DNA of 37,481 bases from Clostridia bacterium (lineage in GTDB: Bacteria > Bacillota > Clostridia > HGM11514). The stretch spans positions 1 to 37,481 of the forward strand of contig JAZNAU010000021.1 of the NCBI GenBank assembly GCA_045586685.1, in the 5' to 3' direction. Every line of letters begins with the position of its first letter. The first letter of the stretch is position 1. Shown here piece after piece: positions 27,917 to 37,481 of the stretch. The notes beneath the pieces are model-generated. The model saw only the letters and a program-made list of their open reading frames with translations. It did no database searches and was not told the DNA's origin. The position numbers and the translations under genes were made by a program.

Positions 27917-29373
27917 TGGGTGACTGATTGCAAAAAGGCAATTTCCCGTTCCAGACGATTCATGGTTTCTTCTTTTCCTAAAATGACAGCCAGCTCTACA
28001 CCGCCTCCCGGTGTTACCATTTTACCTGATACCGCTGCGCGCAGAGGAAACAGAATTACCCCGTTTTTCACGCCCATTTCTTCTATCAGCTTTGATAAAG
28101 CTTCGTTCATGGCGGTTTCCGTCCAGTCAGACAAGGGTTCTAACACTTCTTTCGTTTTCATAAGAGCATTTAAAGAAATTTCAGGTGTTGTTTTCATTTT
28201 CTTGCTAATGTAAAGAGTTTCGTCATGCTCACCCATTTTGTCAATAAAATCAACAGTTTCAGGGATGTCAGACAGTTTTTCGCATCGCTTTTGCAACAGG
28301 TCTGACAGCAATTTTAAATCCACTCCTTTGCGGGAAATAGATTTTTCCAAATAAGGCAGAGCCAACTGATAAAACTCTTCCTGTGTCTTGGCACGGAGAT
28401 ATTCTCCGTTCATCCAATTAAGCTTCTTAATATCAAACACCGCAGGGGATTTGCTGATACCCTTAATGCCAAAGGCTTGAATCAATCCTTCCATGGTGAA
28501 AATTTCCTGTTCTGTTCCGGGGTTCCAGCCAAGGAGAGCCACATAGTTAATGACTGCCTCTTTTAAGTATCCCATATTGAGGAAATCCTCATAGGAGGCG
28601 TCCCCGTTTCGTTTGCTGTATTTCACGCCTCCCTCTTTTACAATAGGGGCAACGTGAACATAAGTGGGAATCTCCCAGGCGAATGCCTGATACAGCAGAT
28701 TGTATTTGGGGGTGGAGGTAAGATACTCACTGCCCCGAATAATATGGGTAATGCCCATAAGATGGTCGTCCACTACGTTGGCAAAGTTGTAAGTAGGCAG
28801 ACCGTCGGATTTTAGCAACACTCCTTCGTCCAATTCCCGGTTTTCAATTTCAATGTGACCGTAAACCACATCATCAAAGGAGGTAACCCCATCTTCGGGA
28901 ATCCGCTGACGGATAACGTAGGGCACACCGGATGCCAGTTTTTCTTCAATTTCTTCTTTGGACAGATGTTTGCAATGTCCGTCATATTTGGGGGTTTGTT
29001 TTGCGGCCTTTTGAGCTTCTCTTACTTCATCCAGCCGTTCTTCAGTACAAAAACAATAATAAGCACCGCCCAATTCTACTAGTTTTTTTGCATATTCCAA
29101 GTATATTTTACGACGCTCACTCTGGATATAAGGACCTACACTCCCGCCGATGTCCGGACCTTCATCGTGAATCAGTCCTGCACTTTTTAAACTTTTGAAA
29201 ATAATATCTACTGCACCTTCTACATACCGTTCCTGGTCGGTATCTTCGATTCTTAAAATAAAAGTTCCCTCATCATGCTTTGCCAGCAAGTATGCATACA
29301 GAGCGGTACGCAAATTTCCGATATGCATATACCCTGTGGGGCTGGGAGCAAAACGGGTTCTGATTTTTGTCAT
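27913..29373 (-). CDS. gltX: Glutamate--tRNA ligase
   Basis: [38 protein letters not shown]. Confidence 0.96.
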   Translation of the reverse strand: MTKIRTRFAPSPTGYMHIGNLRTALYAYLLAKHDEGTFILRIEDTDQERYVEGAVDIIFKSLKSAGLIHDEGPDIGGSVGPYIQSERRKIYLEYAKKLVELGGAYYCFCTEERLDEVREAQKAAKQTPKYDGHCKHLSKEEIEEKLASGVPYVIRQRIPEDGVTSFDDVVYGHIEIENRELDEGVLLKSDGLPTYNFANVVDDHLMGITHIIRGSEYLTSTPKYNLLYQAFAWEIPTYVHVAPIVKEGGVKYSKRNGDASYEDFLNMGYLKEAVINYVALLGWNPGTEQEIFTMEGLIQAFGIKGISKSPAVFDIKKLNWMNGEYLRAKTQEEFYQLALPYLEKSISRKGVDLKLLSDLLQKRCEKLSDIPETVDFIDKMGEHDETLYISKKMKTTPEISLNALMKTKEVLEPLSDWTETAMNEALSKLIEEMGVKNGVILFPLRAAVSGKMVTPGGGVELAVILGKEETMNRLEREIAFLQSVTQ

Positions 29374-29415
29374 AATTTTATTAACTCCTTTTCTGAAAAA
29401 ATTCCTCTCTTTACT

Positions 29416-29466
29416 ATAATATATTTTAAATTAACTATTGTCAAGAAGAATTTTCTGTGATATACT
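29416..29466. promoter_or_regulatory. Overlapping divergent sigma-A promoters (gltX / aminotransferase operon)
   Basis: Minus TTGACA(29444-29439)-17-TATTAT; plus TTGTCA(29438-29443)-17-TATACT with TG. Confidence 0.65.
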
Positions 29467-29506
29467 AAAAAATAGAAAAATTATTTAAAAACCAGAGGTG
29501 AAACTA

Positions 29507-30688
29507 TTGAATTACATATTTTCAGATAAAATCAACAGCGTCAAAGGGTCTATTATCCGTGAAATGTTTAAGCTTATGGGTGACCCTGAGATTATTTCTT
29601 TTGCGGGGGGTGCTCCTGCGCCGGAATTGTACCCTAAGGATGAGTTAGCTGAGATTGCCGGGGAGATTTTAAAAGAACAGGGGCGCACAGCACTGGCTTA
29701 CGGTGTTACTCAAGGATATAAGCCCTTGTTGGAGTTTGTCCGTGAAAGAGAACGAAAAGCGGGTAATCTTCATGATGGAGAAGATGTGATGATTACCGCA
29801 GGGGGCAATCAGGCAATCGATCAGGTTGCAAAAATTATGATTAACGAAGGGGATACGGTCATTTGTGAAAATCCCAGCTTTATCGGTGTGTTAAACAGTT
29901 TCCGTTCTTACGGGGCAAAGCTCAAGGGCATTCCCTGTGAGGCAGACGGAATGGATATGAATCTGTTGGAGGATGCTCTTAAAACAGAAAAAAATGTAAA
30001 AATCATTTATACCATTCCTACCTTCCAGAATCCTTCCGGTATTACCATGAGTCTGGAAAAACGGAAAAAGTTATTGGAATTGGCAAAGAAATATCAGGTT
30101 ATGATTATCGAGGACAATCCTTATGGAAATCTCAGATTTGACGGAGAGCCGGTTCCCACTGTAAAGTCCTTGGACGACGGGAACAACGTTGTGTATGCGG
30201 GAAGCTTTTCTAAAACACTGTCTCCCGGTCTTCGTGTGGGATACTGTATCGGTTGTGAAGAACTGATGGAACGGCTTGATGTGTGCAAACAGGTCAATGA
30301 TGTGCATACAGGGGTGTTAAATCAGATGCTTGTAGCAGAATTTTTTAAGCGAAATGATTTTGATGCTCATGTAAAGAAAATGGCGGAATTGTACCGCCAC
30401 CGTTGTCATAAGATGCTTGATGAACTGGAAAAGGAAATGCCCGATTATGTTACCTGGACAAAGCCTCAGGGAGGACTGTTCATCTGGTGCACCATTCAAA
30501 GGGAGGTAGATACTCTGCCTCTGTCCCGAAAAGCTATTGAGCAAAAGGTGGCATTTGTTCCGGGATGTACCTTTATGGATGATATGGATCAACCCTGTTC
30601 TTCTTTCCGTCTGAATTATTCCTGCATGGATGACGAACGAATTGAAAAGGGAATTAAAATTCTGGGAAATGTATTAAAAGAAATATAA
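29507..30688 (+). CDS. PLP-dependent aminotransferase, class I/II (LysN/ARO8-like)
   Basis: IISFAGGAP, IPTFQNPSG, IIEDNPY, GSFSKTLSPGLRVG; TTG 29507 follows GAGGTG. Confidence 0.9.
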   Translation: MNYIFSDKINSVKGSIIREMFKLMGDPEIISFAGGAPAPELYPKDELAEIAGEILKEQGRTALAYGVTQGYKPLLEFVRERERKAGNLHDGEDVMITAGGNQAIDQVAKIMINEGDTVICENPSFIGVLNSFRSYGAKLKGIPCEADGMDMNLLEDALKTEKNVKIIYTIPTFQNPSGITMSLEKRKKLLELAKKYQVMIIEDNPYGNLRFDGEPVPTVKSLDDGNNVVYAGSFSKTLSPGLRVGYCIGCEELMERLDVCKQVNDVHTGVLNQMLVAEFFKRNDFDAHVKKMAELYRHRCHKMLDELEKEMPDYVTWTKPQGGLFIWCTIQREVDTLPLSRKAIEQKVAFVPGCTFMDDMDQPCSSFRLNYSCMDDERIEKGIKILGNVLKEI

Positions 30689-30705
30689 GCGAGGTTTAAA
30701 AATCA

Positions 30706-31701
30706 ATGGAAAAGAAAACAATATTTAGTGCGGTGCAACCCTCCGGCGTGGTAACCTTGGGGAATTATTTGGGTGCCATTCAGAACTGGTCTGCGTTACA
30801 GGAGGAATATAACTGCCTGTATGCAGTAGCGGATTTGCATGCCCTCACTGTCCGCCAAAATCCTGAAGAACTGCGGGAACGTTGTATCCGTCTGATGGCC
30901 CAGTATTTGGCTTGCGGATTGGATCCGGAAAAGAACATTATCTTTTTTCAATCCCATGTGAGCGGTCATGCGGAGCTTGGTTGGATTTTAAATTGCTATA
31001 CTTACATGGGTGAAATGAATCGTATGACCCAGTTTAAGGAAAAATCCTCCCGTCATGCAGATAATATCAATGTAGGGTTGTTTGATTATCCTGTGCTGAT
31101 GGCGTCAGATATTTTGCTGTATAAAGCGGATTTGGTTCCTGTGGGAGCTGACCAAAAACAACATTTGGAAATCTGCCGTGATATTGCCATGCGGTTTAAT
31201 AAAATTTACGGGGATGTTTTCACTGTACCCGAAGCTTATATTGGAAAAAATACAGCAAGAATTATGAGCTTACAGGATCCTTCCAAGAAAATGTCCAAAT
31301 CGGACGAAAATCCCAACGGCTTTGTATCTGTTATTGAAGAACCGGAAAAAATTATGAAAAAGTTTAAAAAAGCGGTGACCGATTCTGATAACCGTGTGGT
31401 TTACGAAGAAGAGAAAGAGGGTATTTGCAATCTGTTAAACATTTACTGCGGTGTAACCGGAATTTCTATGGAACAGGCAGTCGCACAGTTTGACGGTGCA
31501 GGCTACGGTACCTTTAAAACTGCTGTGGGAGAAGCGGTGGTAGAAACCCTGCGTCCCATCCGTGAAAAGTATTTGAAACTGATGGAAGATCCCGCTTACC
31601 TTGCGGATATTTACCGAAAGGGTGCGAATCTTGCAAGAGAAAAGGCAGATGCGAATGTGAAAGAGGTTTACAGAGCAGTGGGCTTGGTTGACCGTATCTG
31701 A
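30706..31701 (+). CDS. trpS: Tryptophan--tRNA ligase
   Basis: QPSG..TLGNYLGA, MTQFKEK, VPVG.DQKQHLE, KMSKS. Confidence 0.96.
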   Translation: MEKKTIFSAVQPSGVVTLGNYLGAIQNWSALQEEYNCLYAVADLHALTVRQNPEELRERCIRLMAQYLACGLDPEKNIIFFQSHVSGHAELGWILNCYTYMGEMNRMTQFKEKSSRHADNINVGLFDYPVLMASDILLYKADLVPVGADQKQHLEICRDIAMRFNKIYGDVFTVPEAYIGKNTARIMSLQDPSKKMSKSDENPNGFVSVIEEPEKIMKKFKKAVTDSDNRVVYEEEKEGICNLLNIYCGVTGISMEQAVAQFDGAGYGTFKTAVGEAVVETLRPIREKYLKLMEDPAYLADIYRKGANLAREKADANVKEVYRAVGLVDRI

Positions 31702-31718
31702 ACGGAGGAACAGAAACC

Positions 31719-32819
31719 ATGGAATTTAAATTGCAATCTACAGAAATCATTTCTATGATTTTTGCTTTTATCGTAGCGGCAATTATTGCTTTTGCCACCA
31801 CCCCCATTGCCAAACAGGTTGCCGCAAGGGTCGGAGCGATGGATTATCCCTCTGCTCGAAGAATCAATAAAACCCCTATGCCCCGTATTGGCGGATTGGC
31901 AATCTTTTTTGGGTTTTTAGTAGCGGTGCTGTGCTTTGTAGATATCGGCAGTCCGGAAATGAGGGGGATTTTACTGGGCACTGTTATTATTGTGGCGTTG
32001 GGTGCGCTGGATGACGTATATCAGTTGCCGGCTATGGTGAAATTTTTTGTGCAGATTGGTGCGGCTTTGATTGTGGTGTGCCACGGGGTAGATGTGAATG
32101 TGATTACCAATCCTTTTAAGGAAGGAGCATACATTCATTTGGGTTTCTGGAGCTATCCCATTACGATTCTTTGGATTGTAGGTGTGACCAACGCTATGAA
32201 TCTGATGGATGGGTTAGACGGACTTGCTACAGGAATTTCTGCAATCTCCAGCTTTGCTCTGTTTATCATTGCTGTGTTTACCGGTATGGGAAACAGTGCG
32301 GTGCTGATTGCGGCGGTTATTGGTGCCTGCCTTGGGTTTTTGCCCTATAATTCTCACCCCGCCAGTATTTTTATGGGGGATACAGGCTCCAACTTTTTAG
32401 GATTTATTCTGGCGGCAATCTCTGTGCAAGGGTTGTTCAAAAGCTATGCAGTGGTATCTTTGCTGATTCCTTTGATGATTCTGGGATTGCCCATTTTTGA
32501 TACGTCCTTTACCATTATGCGTCGAATTAAGAATGGACAGCCTGTTTTTCAGCCGGACCGGGGGCATTTGCATCATCGACTGATGGATAGCGGTTTTTCC
32601 CATCAGCATACGGTGTACATTTTGTATGTAATCAGTGCGTTGGCGGCTCTTAGTGCGGTAGTATTGTTGTTGTTTGGTTCTGCCCGTGCGTTGATTCTTA
32701 TTGTTGCGATTGTCCTTTTAGCACTGGGAATGCTGTCCTTTACAGGCTTCCGTTTATCAGGAGACAAACAGGAACAACCTGTTCCATCTGAAGAAAAGGA
32801 GAATCAGGAAAATGATTAA
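31719..32819 (+). CDS. Undecaprenyl-phosphate GlcNAc-1-phosphate transferase (TagO/WecA, MraY family)
   Basis: PRIGGLAI, GALDD, NAMNLMDGLDGL, IFMGDTGS, DRGHLHHRL. Confidence 0.92.
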   Translation: MEFKLQSTEIISMIFAFIVAAIIAFATTPIAKQVAARVGAMDYPSARRINKTPMPRIGGLAIFFGFLVAVLCFVDIGSPEMRGILLGTVIIVALGALDDVYQLPAMVKFFVQIGAALIVVCHGVDVNVITNPFKEGAYIHLGFWSYPITILWIVGVTNAMNLMDGLDGLATGISAISSFALFIIAVFTGMGNSAVLIAAVIGACLGFLPYNSHPASIFMGDTGSNFLGFILAAISVQGLFKSYAVVSLLIPLMILGLPIFDTSFTIMRRIKNGQPVFQPDRGHLHHRLMDSGFSHQHTVYILYVISALAALSAVVLLLFGSARALILIVAIVLLALGMLSFTGFRLSGDKQEQPVPSEEKENQEND

Positions 32820-33954
32820 AGTAATGACCGTATTCGGTACCCGCCCTGAGGCAATTAAGATGTGTCCTTTGGTAAAGGAACTGGAAAACCGAGAGGGAAT
32901 AGAATCTGTTGTGTGCGTAACGGCACAGCACAGACAGATGCTTGATCAGGTGTTGAAGTTGTTTGACATTACACCGGATTATGATTTGAATATTATGCGT
33001 GACCGTCAGACTTTAACGGGAATTACCACCCGCGCGTTAGAGGGATTGGAACAGGTGTTAGAGGAATCAAAGCCTGATCTGGTATTGGTTCACGGAGATA
33101 CCACCACCACTTTTGCAGGAAGTCTTGCGGCATATTATCATCAAGTGCCTGTGGGTCATGTAGAGGCGGGTTTAAGAACCTATCAAAAGTATTTTCCCTT
33201 TCCTGAGGAAATGAACAGAAAAATGACAGGTGCCATTGCGGATTTGCATTTTTCTCCCACCATTTCAAATAAAAACAACTTATTGAAAGAAAATGTGGAC
33301 GAAAGCGGTATTTTTATCACGGGAAATACGGTAATTGATGCGTTGAAAACCACCGTTCGCAAAGATTATGAATTTTTTACGCCTGAGTTAAAAGATGTGG
33401 ATTTTAATAATCGTAAGATTATAACCATGACTGCACATCGCCGTGAAAATTTAGGAAAGCCTTTGGAACAGATTTGCAATGCTGTCCTTCGGATTGCAAA
33501 AGAATTTTCAGATGTAACAGTGATTTATCCTGTTCATCTGAATCCAAAAGTGAGGGAAACGGCATTTTCTATTTTGGGAAAACAGGAAAATGTGATGCTG
33601 ATTGATCCGTTGGACGTAGAAGAACTGCATAATCTCATGGACAGGTGTTATTTTCTGCTGACCGACTCTGGCGGTATTCAGGAGGAAGCTCCTGCATTGG
33701 GAAAACCGGTTTTGGTACTTCGGAACGAAACAGAACGGCCTGAGGCAGTGGAAGCAGGAACGGTACGGATTGCAGGCTGTGAAGAAGAAACGATATATCA
33801 AATGACGAAGCAACTTTTGACTGATAAGGATGAATATGAAACAATGAGTCGTGCCGTGAATCCTTATGGTGATGGCGAGGCTTGCAGAAGAATTGTGGAT
33901 GCTATTTTGTATCATTTTGGAAAAGGGGAAAAACCTCAGGATTTTGGATGTTAA
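32812..33954 (+). CDS. wecB: UDP-N-acetylglucosamine 2-epimerase (non-hydrolysing)
   Basis: FGTRPEAIK, HGDTTT, HVEAGLR, HRREN, TDSGGIQEEAP, NPYGDG. Confidence 0.96.
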   Translation: MIKVMTVFGTRPEAIKMCPLVKELENREGIESVVCVTAQHRQMLDQVLKLFDITPDYDLNIMRDRQTLTGITTRALEGLEQVLEESKPDLVLVHGDTTTTFAGSLAAYYHQVPVGHVEAGLRTYQKYFPFPEEMNRKMTGAIADLHFSPTISNKNNLLKENVDESGIFITGNTVIDALKTTVRKDYEFFTPELKDVDFNNRKIITMTAHRRENLGKPLEQICNAVLRIAKEFSDVTVIYPVHLNPKVRETAFSILGKQENVMLIDPLDVEELHNLMDRCYFLLTDSGGIQEEAPALGKPVLVLRNETERPEAVEAGTVRIAGCEEETIYQMTKQLLTDKDEYETMSRAVNPYGDGEACRRIVDAILYHFGKGEKPQDFGC

Positions 33955-33973
33955 GTTTATATTAAGTAAAGAA

Positions 33974-34008
33974 AATCGTCAGAAAAACCAGAAGTTTTTC
34001 TGACGATT
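33974..34008. terminator. Bidirectional terminator
   Basis: Perfect 15-bp inverted repeat AATCGTCAGAAAAAC..GTTTTTCTGACGATT between convergent genes. Confidence 0.85.
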
Positions 34009-34014
34009 ACTTTT

Positions 34015-34887
34015 TTACAAAATACTTTTTTTATATTCGGTAGGAGAAAATCCTGTAATCCGTTTAAAGGAACGGGAAAAGTTATGGATTCCCGTAAAAC
34101 AAAGCAAATCTGTAATTTCACTGACCGAAAGATTGTCCTCTCGAAGCAGTTTTTTTGCTTCTTGAATTTTCAATTCTCCATAGTATTGCATGGGACTTTT
34201 TTGAGTGGATTCCTTAAAAATTAAGGATAGCTGAGATTTTCCCAACATAAAATGGTCGCAAAGGTCAGGAAGTGTAACCGTATCATAGAGATGTTCCTTC
34301 ATGTATTCCGTTATCAGCTCCACAGTGGAATTTTTGCCAATTAAACGAGATTCCGAATTGGGGTAAAAACGTTCTCCTAATTCTGTTCCGTTGCGGTACA
34401 GTTTAATCAGTAATTCCGCAAGATGACAGCCCATTAACTGAGTGGAGCCGAATTTTTCTTCTAAAAAATTCAAATCAATTTTATTGTTATAGTCGTTGGG
34501 GATGTGCCCCAGTGCATTCTTTGCCTCCTGTAAAAACAAAGACAGAAGGGTGCAGGCGGTTTTGTCGAGAGTGAAGGTTTTTTTGCGAAAAAAATCCATC
34601 ACCGGACTTTGAGAGGAAAAGGATACCACCAGCATATTATTTGCCACTTCTTTATTGGAAACGTGAGCATGAACTTCATTGGGTTCGTGGAAAATCACCT
34701 GCCCCTGTTCAAGATTACATCCCATTCCGTCAGTAATTGCAATGATTTTTCCTTTGTCGACATACACCATTTCCCAAAAATTGTGTTTTTCCGGTGTATG
34801 AGAGAATCCTTTGCCAAATTCAAAGTAATAAATGCTGTGAAATCCTTCAATATTCACTTGATTTTTTACCGGTTTTAATGTGAACAT
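34015..34887 (-). CDS. AraC family transcriptional regulator with N-terminal cupin domain
   Basis: [14 protein letters not shown] cupin; [19 protein letters not shown]; GGAGG RBS before ATG 34887. Confidence 0.92.
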   Translation of the reverse strand: MFTLKPVKNQVNIEGFHSIYYFEFGKGFSHTPEKHNFWEMVYVDKGKIIAITDGMGCNLEQGQVIFHEPNEVHAHVSNKEVANNMLVVSFSSQSPVMDFFRKKTFTLDKTACTLLSLFLQEAKNALGHIPNDYNNKIDLNFLEEKFGSTQLMGCHLAELLIKLYRNGTELGERFYPNSESRLIGKNSTVELITEYMKEHLYDTVTLPDLCDHFMLGKSQLSLIFKESTQKSPMQYYGELKIQEAKKLLREDNLSVSEITDLLCFTGIHNFSRSFKRITGFSPTEYKKSIL

Positions 34888-34931
34888 AGACGCCTCCGGA
34901 AAAAATGATAAATTTATCGTAGATATTGCTA

Positions 34932-34979
34932 AAGACATTTCTTTTTATTTATTATATAATAAAATAAGACGAAAGTCAA
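34932..34979. promoter_or_regulatory. Overlapping divergent promoters (araC-type gene / sugar operon)
   Basis: Minus TTGACT-17-TATAAT; plus AAGACA-17-TATAAT; both -10 elements lie in the palindrome ATTATATAAT. Confidence 0.6.
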
Positions 34980-35008
34980 TAATCTATTGTGAAAAGAGGT
35001 TTATAATT

Positions 35009-35947
35009 ATGGATTTCTTAAGTACTGTAAAGGGTAGTCTGCTGGAAAACTTTTTCCCCAAGGGATGGGATATGGAAAAAATTGATGCATGCTGCGAAAA
35101 AGGCGTAGCGAGAGAAGATTTCTGGCATAAGGATTTTACTCCTGTTGAATGTGACAATATCAATGATTTTGACACCTATATGGGTCACGAAATTGCATTG
35201 CAGATTAAAAATGCAAAAGAAGCAGGGCAGAAATTAGCAATGATTTTGCCTGTAGGCCCTATGGGAATGTACAAATGGGCAGTTTATTTTCTGACTCAGT
35301 GGAAGGTTGATTGTAAGCATGTTTATACCTTCAATATGGACGAATGGTCTGATTCAGAAGGTAATACTCTTTCCTCTGACAACAGTGCTTCCTTTGAATA
35401 CAGCATGAAACAGGCATTTTTTGATCAACTGGGAGAATATACTATTCCCGAAAATCAGAGAAACTTTGCAACAAAAGAAAATCTGCCTACATATCCTGAA
35501 AAAATTGCTGCACTGAAAGCAGAAGGCGCAAAATTGGTGCTGGTATTCGGTATCGGCAGAGTTTGTCATATTGCGTTCTGGGAACCTCATTTTGCTGAGG
35601 AATTTGCAACAGAGGCAGAATGGAAACAACAAAATTACAGAATTGCTGCAAAGCTGCATCCTCTGACCGTTGAGCAGAATGCACTGACCAGCTTTAAGAG
35701 CAGAACTACTCTGGTTCCTTGCCGTGCAAACACTGTAGGCCCCGGTCTCTTCCTGCAGGCTGATTATATCATCGGCGGCTGTGACGGAACATTGGGACGC
35801 GGAATGGGTTGGCAAGGTATGAGCTTCTTGACCACTCTGCATTAGGGTCCTGATATGAATATTACATCTACATATATGCCTACCTTACCCGGTAAGCTGT
35901 TCTATCTGAAAGATTTGGCTGGTCCTTTGACTGCTGAATGTAACTAA
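35009..35947 (+). CDS. NagB/glucosamine-6-phosphate isomerase-like protein interrupted by an in-frame TAG at 35843-35845
   Basis: [24 protein letters not shown] resemble NagB-fold motifs; frame continues [33 protein letters not shown] to TAA 35947. Confidence 0.75.
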
Positions 35948-35959
35948 TGAGGGATGAAA

Positions 35960-36907
35960 ATGATTGATGTTGCATGTGTAGGAATTTTAGTTGCAGATGT
36001 GATTGTAAGTCCTGTTGAGGCAATGCCGGAAAAGGGGATTTTATGCCCCGTTGATTCTATTGAATTGTTTTCTGGCGGAAATGCCATGACAGCAGCAATC
36101 AATCTGAAAAAAATGGGACAATCCTCCGCTATCATCGGAATGGTAGGGAAGGACCGATTTGGTGATTTTCTTTCCGGATGTCTGGAGCAGTACGAGGTTT
36201 GTACAGGCGGGTTAAAACGTACTGAAAAAGCGCAAACCTCTGCGTCTACCTTGCTGATTTCCGAAGGAGGAGAGCGGAGCTTCTGGCATTGCGAGGGTGC
36301 AAACGGTGTTTTTTCCATTGATGATATTGATATGGAAATTGTAAAACAAGCAAAAACCGTATTTGTAACAGGTTCATTTCTTATGAATACCTTTGATGGT
36401 GCCCAGACCGCTGAATTTTTAAAGCGGTGTAAAGAGCTTGGAAAAACCACTGTGCTTGATGTGTGTTGGGACAGCAAGGGAAGATGGGGGACACTGCTCA
36501 ATCAGGTATTGCCCTATCTGGATATCTTTATGCCCAGCATTGATGAGGCAAGAGAAATTGCGAAGAAGGATACCGTAGAGGAAATGGCGGAAACCTTCCT
36601 GAAGCTGGGAGCAAAATCCGTCGTTATCAAATGCGGTTCTGACGGATGTTATCTGCGTGAAAGTCTGGAAGTACCCGGAGTTATGATTCCTGCTTGTAAG
36701 GGTGTCACAGCTGTGGACACTACCGGTGCTGGAGATAGCTTTTGTTCCGGATTCCTGGCTGCTTTTTCACGGGGAATGGATTTGAAACATTGTGCCCTGA
36801 TGGGAAATGCAACGGGCGCTCACTGTGTTATGGAGCGGGGCGCTACGACGGGAATTAAAAGTTTTGAAGAAATGTATGAATTTATGTGTACTCAGAAAGA
36901 AGGTTAA
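35960..36907 (+). CDS. PfkB family carbohydrate kinase
   Basis: GGNAMTAA, VG.D.FG, GERSF, VDTTGAGDSF. Confidence 0.93.
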   Translation: MIDVACVGILVADVIVSPVEAMPEKGILCPVDSIELFSGGNAMTAAINLKKMGQSSAIIGMVGKDRFGDFLSGCLEQYEVCTGGLKRTEKAQTSASTLLISEGGERSFWHCEGANGVFSIDDIDMEIVKQAKTVFVTGSFLMNTFDGAQTAEFLKRCKELGKTTVLDVCWDSKGRWGTLLNQVLPYLDIFMPSIDEAREIAKKDTVEEMAETFLKLGAKSVVIKCGSDGCYLRESLEVPGVMIPACKGVTAVDTTGAGDSFCSGFLAAFSRGMDLKHCALMGNATGAHCVMERGATTGIKSFEEMYEFMCTQKEG

Positions 36908-36910
36908 GTC

Positions 36911-37481
36911 ATGTTAGTATCATTACAGGAAATTTTACAGGAGGCCGAAAGAGGAAAATACGGGGTTGGTATGTTCAATATGCTCAATCTCGAAATGGCT
37001 CGCGGAATTATTGATGCGGCAGAGGCAGAAAAATCTCCTCTGATTTTGGGCGTTGCGGAAGTGCATCTTCCCACCATTCCTTTTGAATATGCGGCACTGA
37101 TTATGAGAAAGATTGCAGATGATGCTTGTGTTCCAGTTTGTCTGCATTATGACCATGGTACCGATTACAACAAAATTATGAACGTAATGCGTCACGGGTT
37201 TACCTCTGTAATGTATGATGGCAGTGCATTGCCTTATGAAGAAAATATTGCCAACACAAGAGAAATCAGCCGTGTTGCTCATGCACTGGGTGTCAGCGTG
37301 GAAGCAGAGCTTGGTCATGTAGGCGGTGCAGAAGGCGGCGGTGATGATGGTCACGAAGCACAGTATACCAATGTAGATCAAGTAAATGATTTCATTGACA
37401 GAGCAGATATTGATGCATTGGCAGTTGCTATCGGAACGGCTCATGGGCAGTATACAACCAAACCAAAGCTGGACATAAAAC
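36911..37481 (+). CDS. Class II ketose-bisphosphate aldolase, 3'-truncated by the window edge (absent from the ORF track)
   Basis: Manual translation MLVSLQEILQEAERGKYGVGMFN..VPVCLHYDHG..GFTSVMYDGS..VEAELGHVGG..LAVAIGTAHG. Confidence 0.93.
   Translation, partial: MLVSLQEILQEAERGKYGVGMFNMLNLEMARGIIDAAEAEKSPLILGVAEVHLPTIPFEYAALIMRKIADDACVPVCLHYDHGTDYNKIMNVMRHGFTSVMYDGSALPYEENIANTREISRVAHALGVSVEAELGHVGGAEGGGDDGHEAQYTNVDQVNDFIDRADIDALAVAIGTAHGQYTTKPKLDIK

Noticed and set aside
35843-35845. Genome-wide TAG reassignment
   Set aside because: Four other genes end in TAG at natural C-termini, followed by terminators or the next gene
36935-37444. 169-aa minus-strand ORF
   Set aside because: Antisense shadow of the plus-strand aldolase gene

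Overview
This is a mostly housekeeping stretch from a spore-forming Clostridia (Bacillota) chromosome, with no mobile elements, CRISPR arrays, rRNA or tRNA genes that I can support. Gene order: tlyA(partial)-nadK-argR-recN, ptsH-uvrC, yajC-TIGR04086-orphan-secD-secF, a Cys-rich DUF1540 gene, pcrA-yerC-methyltransferase-csp-hslO, a stalk-domain/parvulin fusion, metG-tatD, a Met/Pro-rich putative spore protein, gatCAB, a Fur-family regulator with a metal ABC transporter, an AsnO-type asparagine synthetase, yfcE/gltX, a PLP aminotransferase-trpS-tagO-wecB operon, and an AraC-linked sugar operon (NagB-like, PfkB kinase, class II aldolase running off the end). Four observations stand out. (1) A gene-free 27.1-27.45 kb unit has its own strong sigma-A promoter, a terminator and extensive alternative or pseudoknotted base-pairing, making it a candidate undescribed ncRNA. 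(2) The NagB-like gene has an in-frame TAG and its reading frame continues for 33 more sense codons. (3) Several sporulation-type promoters overlap hairpins that would silence read-through transcripts. (4) The scfAB (SCIFF) genes are absent from their usual yajC-secD position. All gene calls come from motif recognition by eye; no database searches were run.
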